Below are positions 45,765 through 55,293 of a stretch of 64,000 nt of DNA, piece by piece (within the stretch, counting starts at the first letter, position 1; every line of letters starts with the position of its first letter). The position numbers were made by a program, and so were the translations under genes. The stretch comes from Nitrospirae bacterium MYbin3 (GTDB lineage Bacteria > Nitrospirota > Thermodesulfovibrionia > Thermodesulfovibrionales > Dissulfurispiraceae), in the NCBI GenBank assembly GCA_002753335.1, contig PEAD01000001.1, positions 139,245 through 203,244 on the forward strand. Direction: 5' to 3'. A model generated the notes under the pieces. That model had not been told where the DNA came from and did not search any database. It saw only the letters and a program-made list of their open reading frames with translations.

Positions 45765-46550
45765 TTATGTCTCCAGTTTTTCTTTTATAAATTTGTTAAG
45801 TGCGCTGTGCATCTTTTCGATATCATCATTTTGCGGAAGGGTCGAAACTATCTTTTCTAAATATCCGCCCTCGACGAACATCTTGAAAGAAGGCTTGAAG
45901 TTCAAGTCAAATACCCATGTAAGCTGCAGCAGTTTAAAGTCGTTAAGTGTTTTAAGGTCCGCAAGCTTTGCAAGCTGCCTGTTGAGAATACACTCAATGA
46001 GCGCTTGCGAATATTCCGGCCCCTCAGGGAATCCAAGACCCACTGCTGACGGCCGTTCGTCTTTTGAAGTTATATAGTATAGGTGGAAAAGGCCCCATAT
46101 ATCGAGCTTGTCTGCATCCCGAACCAGCTTGAGGTAAAAAAGTGCTTCGGGATCATTTATATCAGCAAGCATATATGCGTTATGAAACTTAACAGCGGTA
46201 GTTATCCAATTCTGCTCAATTTTAGGAAGTCCGGACAGGGCGTTATTTTTAATAAGTGTTTCTGCTCCAAGCAGGCCGTGATTTATCGAAATGCCGTCCC
46301 TGAATGTTTTGTATTCTGCATATTGCGGAAATCTGCCGATGTCATGAAAGAGCGCGGCCGCTTCGGCAATCAGAGAGCGGTTCTCGTCAAGGCCGAGGCT
46401 GCTGGTTAGTGCGATCGTTTTTTTGCATACGTTGAATGTATGATTCTCTTTGAGATCGATATTTTTTTGGTCTTCCGTGTTTTCCGAATAGTAGGAGCGG
46501 CAAAAACTAGAAAACCATACCTTTAGCCTTGACAGGTCTTCTTTCGTCAT
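45765..46550 (-). CDS. HD-domain phosphohydrolase-like protein
   Basis: 261-aa ORF with an H...HD metal motif (ENHTFNV...ALFHDIGR). Translationally coupled to cbiL (4-nt overlap) and 2 nt from the cbiF start. Confidence 0.78.
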   Translation of the reverse strand: MTKEDLSRLKVWFSSFCRSYYSENTEDQKNIDLKENHTFNVCKKTIALTSSLGLDENRSLIAEAAALFHDIGRFPQYAEYKTFRDGISINHGLLGAETLIKNNALSGLPKIEQNWITTAVKFHNAYMLADINDPEALFYLKLVRDADKLDIWGLFHLYYITSKDERPSAVGLGFPEGPEYSQALIECILNRQLAKLADLKTLNDFKLLQLTWVFDLNFKPSFKMFVEGGYLEKIVSTLPQNDDIEKMHSALNKFIKEKLET

Positions 46551-47263
46551 TTTTTTACCACAATGAGCGAAAAATAGTTTAGGTCTTCCTCGTTGACTTT
46601 TCTCAGATCGTCAAATATCTTTTCGTCTTCCATTCCTGCGCGCACAATGTAGTGTGCCTTGTCGAGGAGTCCTATATCTTTTAGCAGATTGCGTACCATA
46701 AAGAAAACCCGATGCACTTTCATAAGTACAACAGTATCAAATTCTTCGATGGTCTGTTTTAGATCTTCGGTATATGTTGCAGGGAGCACAGCAATCTTTT
46801 CATCAGCCAGAGCAAGGCAGAGCTTGGCTCTGGAGGCAGCCGCGTTTATGGATGATATGCCCGGAATGAACTCCACATTTAATGAAGGAATACGCTCAAG
46901 CAGCCTGTCATAGAGATAAAAAAAGGTGCTGTAAAAAGTCGGGTCGCCTATCGTTATAAAAACTGTATCAATGCCTGTCAAAAGTCTGCTTGAAACCTCC
47001 TCGACCGTCTGCTGCCATTTGGCGTCGAGTTCTGTCTCATACCCCTGAAGCTTGGTTTTTCTCATCGGGAAATGCGCCTCTATGATCTCTTTGCCGGTTA
47101 AATCAACCGCTTTTTCGACGATGGACATAGCAAGGCTGCTTCCTTCCTCTCGGCCCTTAGGAACGCATATGCAGGATGTCTCTTTCAGCAGCCGCACAGC
47201 CTTTAGTGTAAGCAGTTCAGGGTCTCCCGGGCCAACGCCTATTACAGAAAGGGTTCCTGTCAT
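46547..47263 (-). CDS. cbiL: Precorrin-2 / cobalt-factor II C20-methyltransferase
   Basis: 238-aa ORF with the tetrapyrrole methylase signature IGVGPGDPELLTLKA. The CbiL/CobI-like length and the ITIGDPTFYS motif also fit. Confidence 0.83.
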   Translation of the reverse strand: MTGTLSVIGVGPGDPELLTLKAVRLLKETSCICVPKGREEGSSLAMSIVEKAVDLTGKEIIEAHFPMRKTKLQGYETELDAKWQQTVEEVSSRLLTGIDTVFITIGDPTFYSTFFYLYDRLLERIPSLNVEFIPGISSINAAASRAKLCLALADEKIAVLPATYTEDLKQTIEEFDTVVLMKVHRVFFMVRNLLKDIGLLDKAHYIVRAGMEDEKIFDDLRKVNEEDLNYFSLIVVKK

Positions 47264-47265
47264 AT

Positions 47266-48519
47266 TTATCCTAAAACCCCCTTAATTACAAATATTGGAT
47301 TGATGGCAAAAAGATAGTTGCCGTCTCCTATGGGTTTTGATCTCGATACCGAAATTTGAGATACATCCATGCTGAAACCAAAATCACGCAGGGCTGTAGA
47401 GGCATCATTCAGTGTTTCGATCTTTGTGGCGTTTAAAACGAGTATGCCTCTGGTCATGCGCTTTGAAATAAACTCTATTATGCTGCGCAACCCTTTTCCT
47501 GCACCGCCTATGAAAACCCTTTGCGGCTCCGGCAGGGTGGTCAGCGCTTCCGGTGCCTCTCCTCGAATTATTTCGATGTTTGCTCCGCTGTAACGAAGTT
47601 TGTTTTTTGATATGTTTTCTACCTGCTCGCTATCTTTTTCTATGGTGAAAATTTTGAGCTGAGGGCAGAGCCTTGAAGCCTCGATAGAAACAGAACCAGA
47701 ACCTCCGCCTATATCCCAGAAAATGCCGGTTTGCGGCAGTCTGAGCTTATGAAGCGCCACAGCACGTATCTCATCTTTTGTGATCAAGCCCTTTGAATGG
47801 ACCAGCTCGCTTTCATCAAGACCAAGTCTTGAAAATTCCTGAGGGGCTTTTTCATCGGATGTTTTTAAAAGTATCGCCACATTAGGCTCTGCGAAGGACA
47901 TGGCTGCAATTGCGGCAGGTGTTCCAGAAATTATCCTTTCATCAGCGTAGCCAAGCTTTTCGCAGACATGCATAAGCATATTGGCAGTATCAGATTTGAT
48001 CAGCTCTGAAGCTATAACAGAGGGGTTGTTTTGTTTGTCGGTCAAGATGCCTATTTTTTTATGGATTGCGGCTAAATCTGGAATGTCTGCTATTTCGTAT
48101 TTCAGCCGCCTGCGCTTTTCGGGATCGGGGCCTCCGTGAAGGCTCATCAACAGGGCGTCATCCCAAGCCTCACCAATTTTCGAGAATGCAAGCTGCATGC
48201 TCGATAAATCAGGAAATAGCATGACCGCATCTTTGCCGAACTCTTTTAGTACGCGCCGTCCTATGCCGAAGAAAAGCGGGTCCCCCGAAGCTAACAGACA
48301 GATTGTTCGCTTTGCGAGATTATCGCGTATGTATTCTATAGTGGCGTCAACATTGTTGATCACCTTTATCCTGCTGCATACCGTAGCATAATTGTCATAG
48401 CGCTCGAAAACTTCAAGCAGCCTGTGTGATGCAAGGATAACTTCGGCCTGAGAAAGCGCTTTCTCAGCGCTTTGGTCGAGGGGCTTGTAGCCTATTCCGA
48501 TTATAAATATTTTAGACAT
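47266..48519 (-). CDS. cbiET: Precorrin-6Y C5,15-methyltransferase (decarboxylating), fused CbiE/CbiT
   Basis: 417-aa ORF. The N-terminal half is tetrapyrrole-methylase-like (IIGIGYKP..., LASGDPLFFG). The C-terminal half is a class I SAM methyltransferase (WDIGGGSGSVSIEA). Confidence 0.88.
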   Translation of the reverse strand: MSKIFIIGIGYKPLDQSAEKALSQAEVILASHRLLEVFERYDNYATVCSRIKVINNVDATIEYIRDNLAKRTICLLASGDPLFFGIGRRVLKEFGKDAVMLFPDLSSMQLAFSKIGEAWDDALLMSLHGGPDPEKRRRLKYEIADIPDLAAIHKKIGILTDKQNNPSVIASELIKSDTANMLMHVCEKLGYADERIISGTPAAIAAMSFAEPNVAILLKTSDEKAPQEFSRLGLDESELVHSKGLITKDEIRAVALHKLRLPQTGIFWDIGGGSGSVSIEASRLCPQLKIFTIEKDSEQVENISKNKLRYSGANIEIIRGEAPEALTTLPEPQRVFIGGAGKGLRSIIEFISKRMTRGILVLNATKIETLNDASTALRDFGFSMDVSQISVSRSKPIGDGNYLFAINPIFVIKGVLG

Positions 48520-48677
48520 GAGGTAGTTTTGGGGTAGCTTCGCTTTTGAGGTGTCTAGAAAACTATTAAGAAATCTCCTGTTATTTTTTTGTTTCTATTT
48601 TATCACGGACAAGGGATTAAAGGCATATAATACCGTTTTAAAAATGAGGATCATAGGATTCAAAAACTTTAGATGTC

Positions 48678-48707
48678 TTGACATCCGCATCTTTTTTGGT
48701 TAAAAAT
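48678..48707 (+). promoter_or_regulatory. Sigma70-like promoter for htpG
   Basis: TTGACA (48678-48683), a spacer of about 17 nt, then a TAAAAAT -10 region (48701-48707), immediately upstream of the CIRCE element. Confidence 0.55.
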
Positions 48708-48712
48708 ATCTT

Positions 48713-48739
48713 TTAGCACTCTCTGTCAGAGAGTGCTAA
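48713..48739 (+). promoter_or_regulatory. CIRCE operator (HrcA binding site)
   Basis: TTAGCACTC-N9-GAGTGCTAA is a perfect match to the CIRCE consensus, located between the promoter and the htpG RBS (AGGAGG 48753-48758). Confidence 0.88.
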
Positions 48740-48762
48740 AAGATAAAAAATTAGGAGGAACA

Positions 48763-50667
48763 ATGACCATAGAAAAACATGAATTTAAAACAGAGGTAAA
48801 ACAACTACTTGATTTGATGATACATTCGCTTTACTCTCACAAAGAGGTTTTCCTTCGTGAATTAATCTCAAACGCATCCGATGCAATAGACAAAATCCGT
48901 TATGAATCCCTGACAAACAAGGATATTGCTGAAGGGGACACTAATTGGAAAATAAAGATAAGTACAGACAAGGATAAAGGCACGATTACCATAAGCGACA
49001 ACGGCATCGGCATGACCAAAGATGAGGCTGTACAAGCGCTGGGAACCATAGCGCATTCAGGCACAAAAGAGTTTCTGAAACTTCTGCAGAGTAAAGAAGT
49101 TAAGGACAATCCGGAATTGATAGGCCAGTTTGGGGTCGGTTTTTATTCCTCTTTCATGATAGCCGACAGCATAACGGTAATTTCGAGAAAAGCTGGGTCT
49201 CAGCAAAATGCGGCGGTAAAATGGGTATCTGCAGCGGACGGGGCATATACGGTTGAATACACAGAGAAGACTTCAAGGGGAACGGATGTTATTCTGCATC
49301 TTAAGGAGGAAGAAAAGAAATATCTCGAATCTTGGGAAATAAGGGGCATAGTTAAAAAATATTCGGATTTTATCGAGCATCCGGTTGTGATCGAAGTAGA
49401 AAAAGAAAAGGACAGCGAAATATCAAAGGGCAGCAAAGTTAAAGTTACAGAGGAAGAGACGCTCAACTCGATGAAGGCGATCTGGCTGAAGGACAAATCC
49501 GAAGTGACCAACGAAGAATACAATGAATTTTACAAGCATGTGTCTCATGATTTTGCTGAACCCTTGAGAGTTATTCACTATAAAGCCGAAGGCACTTCGG
49601 AGTTCAATTCCCTGCTTTACATTCCGTCAAAGGCTCAGTTCAATCTCTTTTATAAGGACTTTAAAATCGGTCCGACCCTTTATGTCAAGAGGGTCCAGAT
49701 TATGGAGCACTGCGAGGATCTGATTCCTCAGTACCTTAGGTTTGTGCGTGGCGTTGTTGATTCTTCGGACCTGCCGCTGAATGTTTCGAGAGAGATTTTG
49801 CAGAACAACAGGCAGGTTGAAACTATCAAAAAGAGCATTACCAAAAAAGTGCTGGATACGCTCGACGAGATGAAAAAACATGATTATGACAAATACCTTA
49901 AATTCTATGCCGAGTTCGGAAGGCTGCTTAAAGAAGGGATTCATTTCGATTTCTCGAGAAAGGAGACTATTGCTGACCTGCTTTTGTTCAAGTCAACAAA
50001 AACAGAAATAAATGAGTTTACAACACTTCAAAAGTATGTTGATGGTATGAGGGAAGGACAGGAAGACATATATTACATTATCGCAGAAAACATGGAATCT
50101 GCCTTGAAGTCACCATATCTTGAGACATTTAAAGAAAAAGATTACGAAGTTCTGATAATGATGGATGAGGTTGACGAGATAGTGATGAGCAGCCTTGAAT
50201 ACAAAGGCAAACGGTTGAAATCAGCGATAAGGGGCGATATAAAGCTCGACAAGGCAGAGGCAAAAGAGGCTGACAAGGCGGGCAAGAAATACAAAAAACT
50301 GATAGACCTGATAAAGGACAAGCTTAAAGATAATGTGAAGGATGTGCGGCTGTCCGGCCGTTTGAAGGATTCTGCCTGCTGTCTTGTGGCTGATGAGGGA
50401 GACATGGATCCGCAGATGGAGCGCATAATGAAGGCTATGGGGCAGGATATTCCGCAGACAAAAAGAATACTTGAAATAAACCCAGTGCATCCGCTTTTTG
50501 AGGCTATGAACCGTATATTTGAGAAGGATAAAGAAAGCGGGCTTTTAAGTGAATATGTTGAGCTGCTTTATGATCAGGCTATTATAATAGAGGGTGGCAA
50601 ACCCAAAGACCCTGCAGCTTTTGCAAAGACTATTACAAGGCTTATGGTAGAGCGCGCAGGAAGCTGA
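48763..50667 (+). CDS. htpG: Molecular chaperone HtpG (Hsp90)
   Basis: The ORF opens at 48733, with ATG 48763 preferred (RBS AGGAGG 5 nt upstream). Hsp90 N-terminal signature FLRELISNASDAIDKIRY and GQFGVGFYS. Confidence 0.95.
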   Translation: MTIEKHEFKTEVKQLLDLMIHSLYSHKEVFLRELISNASDAIDKIRYESLTNKDIAEGDTNWKIKISTDKDKGTITISDNGIGMTKDEAVQALGTIAHSGTKEFLKLLQSKEVKDNPELIGQFGVGFYSSFMIADSITVISRKAGSQQNAAVKWVSAADGAYTVEYTEKTSRGTDVILHLKEEEKKYLESWEIRGIVKKYSDFIEHPVVIEVEKEKDSEISKGSKVKVTEEETLNSMKAIWLKDKSEVTNEEYNEFYKHVSHDFAEPLRVIHYKAEGTSEFNSLLYIPSKAQFNLFYKDFKIGPTLYVKRVQIMEHCEDLIPQYLRFVRGVVDSSDLPLNVSREILQNNRQVETIKKSITKKVLDTLDEMKKHDYDKYLKFYAEFGRLLKEGIHFDFSRKETIADLLLFKSTKTEINEFTTLQKYVDGMREGQEDIYYIIAENMESALKSPYLETFKEKDYEVLIMMDEVDEIVMSSLEYKGKRLKSAIRGDIKLDKAEAKEADKAGKKYKKLIDLIKDKLKDNVKDVRLSGRLKDSACCLVADEGDMDPQMERIMKAMGQDIPQTKRILEINPVHPLFEAMNRIFEKDKESGLLSEYVELLYDQAIIIEGGKPKDPAAFAKTITRLMVERAGS

Positions 50668-50735
50668 TTTTTGCAATAGAGCCCGCTAAATGATATTATG
50701 TATGACGCTGTTTGAAACAAAAAGAGGGGTGTTCT

Positions 50736-53177
50736 GTGCAAAAAAACATAAAGATTTTTCAGGAATCGATCATAGAACACCTGACTTACGATCTTGCCAA
50801 AGATAAATATTCCGCAACAACCAGAGACAAATATACCGCCCTGTCTCTCTCTGCCAGAGAGCAGCTGGTCAAACGCTGGATAAAAACCCAGCAGCAGTAT
50901 TACGAGGTCAAAGCAAAAAGAATCTACTACCTGTCTCTTGAATTTCTTCTGGGCAGGCTTCTCAGAAACTACATTCTCAATCAAGGCCTGACGGATGAGT
51001 ACAGCAAAGCGCTTAACGCTCTCGGCGTTACTTATGAGGAGATTGCTGAGCAGGAATGGGACGCAGGGCTCGGAAACGGAGGCCTAGGAAGGCTTGCGGC
51101 CTGTTTTCTTGACTCTCTTGCTACACTTGAATATCCGGGCTACGGCTACGGCATACGTTATGAGTTTGGGATTTTCTCACAAAAAATAATTGATGGATAT
51201 CAGGTCGAATCACCGGACAACTGGCTTCGCTACGGCAATCCATGGGAATTCCCTCGTCCGGAGCTTATATATCCAGTCCGGTTTTACGGCAGAACCAATA
51301 CGGTTTCAGCTCCGGGCGGGCGTTACAAGATGCAATGGATTGACTACGATGAGGTTATGGCGATGGCCTATGACTATCCTGTGCCCGGATATAAAAACGA
51401 AACCGTTAATACGCTCCGTTTGTGGGCAGCAAAATCGACCAGAGAATTCAACCTTGACTACTTTAACAGCGGTGATTATGTTAAGGCTGTCGAAAGCAAA
51501 AGCAACAGCGAGAGCATTTCGAAGGTGCTTTATCCCAACGACCATTCGTTGGCGGGCAAGGAGCTGCGGCTTAAGCAGCAGTATTTTTTTGTGAGCGCTA
51601 CGATTAGAGACATTATCAGGCGATATAAAAAATTTCATAAAAGCTATCGTGAATTTCCGAGCGAAGTGGCCATCCAGCTGAACGACACGCATCCCTCAAT
51701 AGCCATCGCCGAACTTATGCATATACTTGTTGATGAGGAGGGCATCGCATGGGATGATGCTTGGGGCATAACAAATAAAACCTTCGGCTATACCAATCAT
51801 ACTGTTCTGCCGGAGGCCCTCGAAACCTGGTCCGAAGGGCTGTTCGCGTATCTGTTGCCTAGGCACCTTCAAATAATACAGGAGATTAACCGGCGCTTTC
51901 TGATTCAGGTGGATGAGCGCTTCCCGGGTGATTGGGGCAGGCGGGACGGGCTTGCTATCATTACCAGCAACGGTGAAAATATGATAAATATGGCACGACT
52001 GGCCATTGTAGGAAGCCATGCTGTCAACGGGGTTTCGGAGCTGCACAGTACGATACTGAAAGAAAGCGTGTTTAACAGCTTTTACTTGATGACGCCCGAA
52101 AAATTCACAAATGTTACCAACGGCATAGCACCGAGAAGATGGCTTATGCATGCTAACCCCAAACTTTCTGCACTAATAACTGATGCAATAGGCGAGGGAT
52201 GGAAAAAGAACCTTGAGGAGCTGCGCCTGCTTGAGTCATACGCGGATGACAAGGATTTTTGCAAACGCTTCGGCAAAATAAAGCGCGAAAACAAAGACAC
52301 TCTCAACAACTATCTCAAACTGCACTGCGAGGCATCTCTTAATCCGGAATTCATGCTTGATTGTCAGGCCAAGAGATTTCATGAATACAAGCGACAGCTT
52401 TTGAATATCCTGCATGTAATAACCCTTTACAACAGACTGCGTGAAGGCAGGGAAGGCAGTTCATTCACACCAAGAACTGTACTTTTTGCCGGCAAATCAG
52501 CGCCCGGATATTATGTGAGCAAATTGATAATTAAACTGATACACAATATCTCTGCAGCAATTGCGGATGATCCAATGGTCAATAAACGGCTCGAAGTGGT
52601 CTTTGTGCCTAACTACGGGGTAACTCTTGCGCAGCGCATCATGCCGGCTGCAGAGCTTTCGGAGCAGATATCTACTGCCGGGTACGAGGCATCAGGAACC
52701 GGAAACATGAAGTTCACCCTGAACGGTGCTCTGACTATAGGAACTCTTGATGGAGCGAATGTCGAGATACGCGAAGAGGTGGGCGAAGAAAACTTTTTCC
52801 TCTTCGGGCTTAAGGCAGAAGAGATAATGCAGATGTCGTCAAGCTATAATGCTCGCTGGTATTATGAGCAAAATAGTGAATTGCGTCAGGCTATAGATCA
52901 AATTGCGAGCGGGTACTTTTCGCCCGAGAATTCAAAACTCTTTAACCCCCTCATCGACACGCTGCTTGGCTACGATAGATTCTTTGTTCTGGCCGATTTC
53001 GCGCTGTATATTGCCTGCCAGGAAAAGGTTTCAGAAACCTACAAGAATGAGGATGAATGGAATAGGATGGCTGTTTTGAATGTCGCACGCTCCGGCAAGT
53101 TCTCGAGTGACAGGGCGATTCGGGAGTATGCCGAAAATATCTGGAATATATCGGCTGTTCATTCTTCTACAGCATAA
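50736..53177 (+). CDS. glgP: Glycogen/maltodextrin phosphorylase
   Basis: The frame opens at 50712, with GTG 50736 preferred (AGAGGGG upstream). PLP-lysine signature EASGTGNMKFTLNGALTIGTLDGANVE. Confidence 0.93.
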   Translation: MQKNIKIFQESIIEHLTYDLAKDKYSATTRDKYTALSLSAREQLVKRWIKTQQQYYEVKAKRIYYLSLEFLLGRLLRNYILNQGLTDEYSKALNALGVTYEEIAEQEWDAGLGNGGLGRLAACFLDSLATLEYPGYGYGIRYEFGIFSQKIIDGYQVESPDNWLRYGNPWEFPRPELIYPVRFYGRTNTVSAPGGRYKMQWIDYDEVMAMAYDYPVPGYKNETVNTLRLWAAKSTREFNLDYFNSGDYVKAVESKSNSESISKVLYPNDHSLAGKELRLKQQYFFVSATIRDIIRRYKKFHKSYREFPSEVAIQLNDTHPSIAIAELMHILVDEEGIAWDDAWGITNKTFGYTNHTVLPEALETWSEGLFAYLLPRHLQIIQEINRRFLIQVDERFPGDWGRRDGLAIITSNGENMINMARLAIVGSHAVNGVSELHSTILKESVFNSFYLMTPEKFTNVTNGIAPRRWLMHANPKLSALITDAIGEGWKKNLEELRLLESYADDKDFCKRFGKIKRENKDTLNNYLKLHCEASLNPEFMLDCQAKRFHEYKRQLLNILHVITLYNRLREGREGSSFTPRTVLFAGKSAPGYYVSKLIIKLIHNISAAIADDPMVNKRLEVVFVPNYGVTLAQRIMPAAELSEQISTAGYEASGTGNMKFTLNGALTIGTLDGANVEIREEVGEENFFLFGLKAEEIMQMSSSYNARWYYEQNSELRQAIDQIASGYFSPENSKLFNPLIDTLLGYDRFFVLADFALYIACQEKVSETYKNEDEWNRMAVLNVARSGKFSSDRAIREYAENIWNISAVHSSTA

Positions 53178-53189
53178 AGATTGCTCGCG

Positions 53190-55235
53190 ATGAAAAAAAA
53201 CAAAAATAAGAGCGCCGACTCCATTTCAGTTGAAAGGCGTTCATTTTTCGAAAATGTAGTGAGTTTTCTAAAGCCTGCAGGGAGTTACAATCTAATAATT
53301 TTTATTGTTGCGGTAGCGATATGCGTCTCAGTATCGGCCGGTGTCAGGTTTAAACAGTATTCTGTATGGACAGAAAATCCTGCTACGCATTTTGTCGGAA
53401 ATATTCCTATGATGACCACACTGGACTCTTACCACTGGTTCAAACATGCAAAGGATTATAAAGCCGGAGTTGCGGTTGAGGGCAAGACCGTTCCTATGCT
53501 CGGCTATATGCTTGCGAAGCTCTCTGCATTTTTTGACAATAATGTCTATAAGGCAGGCATTTATCTTATACCCGTTCTCGCAAGTCTTTTTATAATTCCG
53601 TTATGTCTTTATTTTTACCGGTTAGGCTTTCCTGCCGCCGGAATATTGGGTGGTCTTGTGGGCACATTCAGCTATATGTATCTTGCCCGCTCCTGTATCG
53701 GCAGGGTTGACACCGATGCGCTTAACCTGTTTTTCCCCTTTTTATCTTCATATTTTATTTTAGTAGCCGGAGATAAAAAAGATTTAAAAAGTATAAGCCT
53801 TTATTCTGGGCTTGCCGGATTCTCGATGCTCTTGTTTTATTGGTGGTATGAGCATCCGGGGTTCACAGTTATTTATATGGCTGTTCTTATCGCGTATCTT
53901 TTTTTAAACAGGATTGGGTGGAAAACAGTTGCCTACGCTTCAGGATTCTATATACTTTGTTCCAATCCGCTTTTGTTCTGGGAAGGCATTCAAGGCGTCA
54001 AAAGTTTTTTTTCCAGTTATTTTGCCATTACCGAATCAAAAGTTGTGGCCAACGCCATAGCTTTTCCTAATGTGCTCGATACCATTACCGAAACACAAAA
54101 GGTTTCTATAAACGCTGTTCTTTCAGGAATTCTCAGCGAGCCGGTACTTGCCGGAGCAGGCCTGTTTTTGTTCGTTTTGTGCGGTCTTTTAAACTGGAAG
54201 AAAATAGTTCCCATAATTCCTGTGTTTGTTTTAGGGTTGTGGGCGTTTAGAAGCTCCAACAGATTTGCTATGTTTTTGGGGCCTTTTGTCGGCGCAGGAT
54301 TAGGCTTTTTGCTTAATATAATTGTTGTCCATTGTATTGATTGGATAAAACAAAAAAAAGGGCAGAATAGTATAAAAGACGTTGTTGTTTATGCCATGTC
54401 TTTTGTCATGTTTTTCGTATTTTCATCCCAGACCGGAATTTCTTTTGTTCCATTCCCTTCGATTCCTGTCGGCATTTATGGCACCTTTATAGATTTTAAA
54501 AAGGTCTCGCCCGACAATTCGTCAATTTTTACATGGTGGGATTTCGGCCATGCCTTAAAAGATGCCGGATTTGCTGTGTATCACGATGGTGCATCTCACG
54601 GTCAGCTGCAAACCTATTTTGTTGGTAGAGGATTAGTTTCTGATAGCCAAAAAGAATTAGGAAATATTATTAGGTGCTACAATAGCGAGTGTGTACATGC
54701 TCTTGAAACCGCCGACAGAATAACTCCCAAAGAAATGATAGAAAAAGCTACCACTTATAACGGTCCGATAAAGACCGAAAATGTATATGCCCTTTTTACT
54801 TATGATATGATCGCCAAATACGGCGCGATAAGTTTTTTCGGTTTGTGGGACTTTGACAAAAAATCTGGAGGAAATCTTTTTTTTGAAGAGCTTAGATGCA
54901 CAGGCATACGGGATAACATCCTTGATTGCGGCGATGTAAAAGCAGACCTTACCTCTGGGTTAATCAATAAATCAACACCGTTAAAGAAGGCTGTTTTCTC
55001 TAATAACGGAAGTGTAGTGCAGGAGCTATCTTATCATCACGACAGAGGCTTGTACCTTGAACTTATTTTTGATGCAAAAAGTAATATAGTAGGTGTTTTT
55101 ATTTTAGAAGAAAAAACATTTTATTCGAACTTTAATCAGATGTATCTGCTTGGCAGGTATGACAAGAATCTGTTTGAAGAGGCTTACAATGCTTTTCCCT
55201 ATGCCAGATATTTCAAGGTTAAATTTTCAAGATAA
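53190..55235 (+). CDS. STT3/PglB/AglB-family oligosaccharyltransferase homologue
   Basis: The frame opens at TTG 53181, with ATG at 53190. About 13 TM helices plus a C-terminal soluble domain. Family motifs seen: LDSYH (53421-53435), DTD (53709-53717), TITE (54081-54092) and WWDFG (54534-54548, compare WWDYG). Confidence 0.75.
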   Translation: MKKNKNKSADSISVERRSFFENVVSFLKPAGSYNLIIFIVAVAICVSVSAGVRFKQYSVWTENPATHFVGNIPMMTTLDSYHWFKHAKDYKAGVAVEGKTVPMLGYMLAKLSAFFDNNVYKAGIYLIPVLASLFIIPLCLYFYRLGFPAAGILGGLVGTFSYMYLARSCIGRVDTDALNLFFPFLSSYFILVAGDKKDLKSISLYSGLAGFSMLLFYWWYEHPGFTVIYMAVLIAYLFLNRIGWKTVAYASGFYILCSNPLLFWEGIQGVKSFFSSYFAITESKVVANAIAFPNVLDTITETQKVSINAVLSGILSEPVLAGAGLFLFVLCGLLNWKKIVPIIPVFVLGLWAFRSSNRFAMFLGPFVGAGLGFLLNIIVVHCIDWIKQKKGQNSIKDVVVYAMSFVMFFVFSSQTGISFVPFPSIPVGIYGTFIDFKKVSPDNSSIFTWWDFGHALKDAGFAVYHDGASHGQLQTYFVGRGLVSDSQKELGNIIRCYNSECVHALETADRITPKEMIEKATTYNGPIKTENVYALFTYDMIAKYGAISFFGLWDFDKKSGGNLFFEELRCTGIRDNILDCGDVKADLTSGLINKSTPLKKAVFSNNGSVVQELSYHHDRGLYLELIFDAKSNIVGVFILEEKTFYSNFNQMYLLGRYDKNLFEEAYNAFPYARYFKVKFSR

Positions 55236-55251
55236 AAAAAGCAGCAAAAAA

Positions 55252-55286
55252 ATAGCGGCAGGGGATATACCCTGCCGCTATTTTTA
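55252..55286. terminator. Bidirectional rho-independent terminator
   Basis: 12-bp stem ATAGCGGCAGGG / CCCTGCCGCTAT with a 6-nt loop. Flanked by an A-run (upstream) and a T-run (downstream), between convergent genes. Confidence 0.7.
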
Positions 55287-55293
55287 AAAAACT

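Noticed and set aside
48520-48712. Cobalamin riboswitch upstream (minus strand) of the cbiET operon
   Set aside because: The region is AT-rich, and no B12-box-like GC-rich core (AGYCMGgAgaCCkGCc type) could be found on the minus strand.
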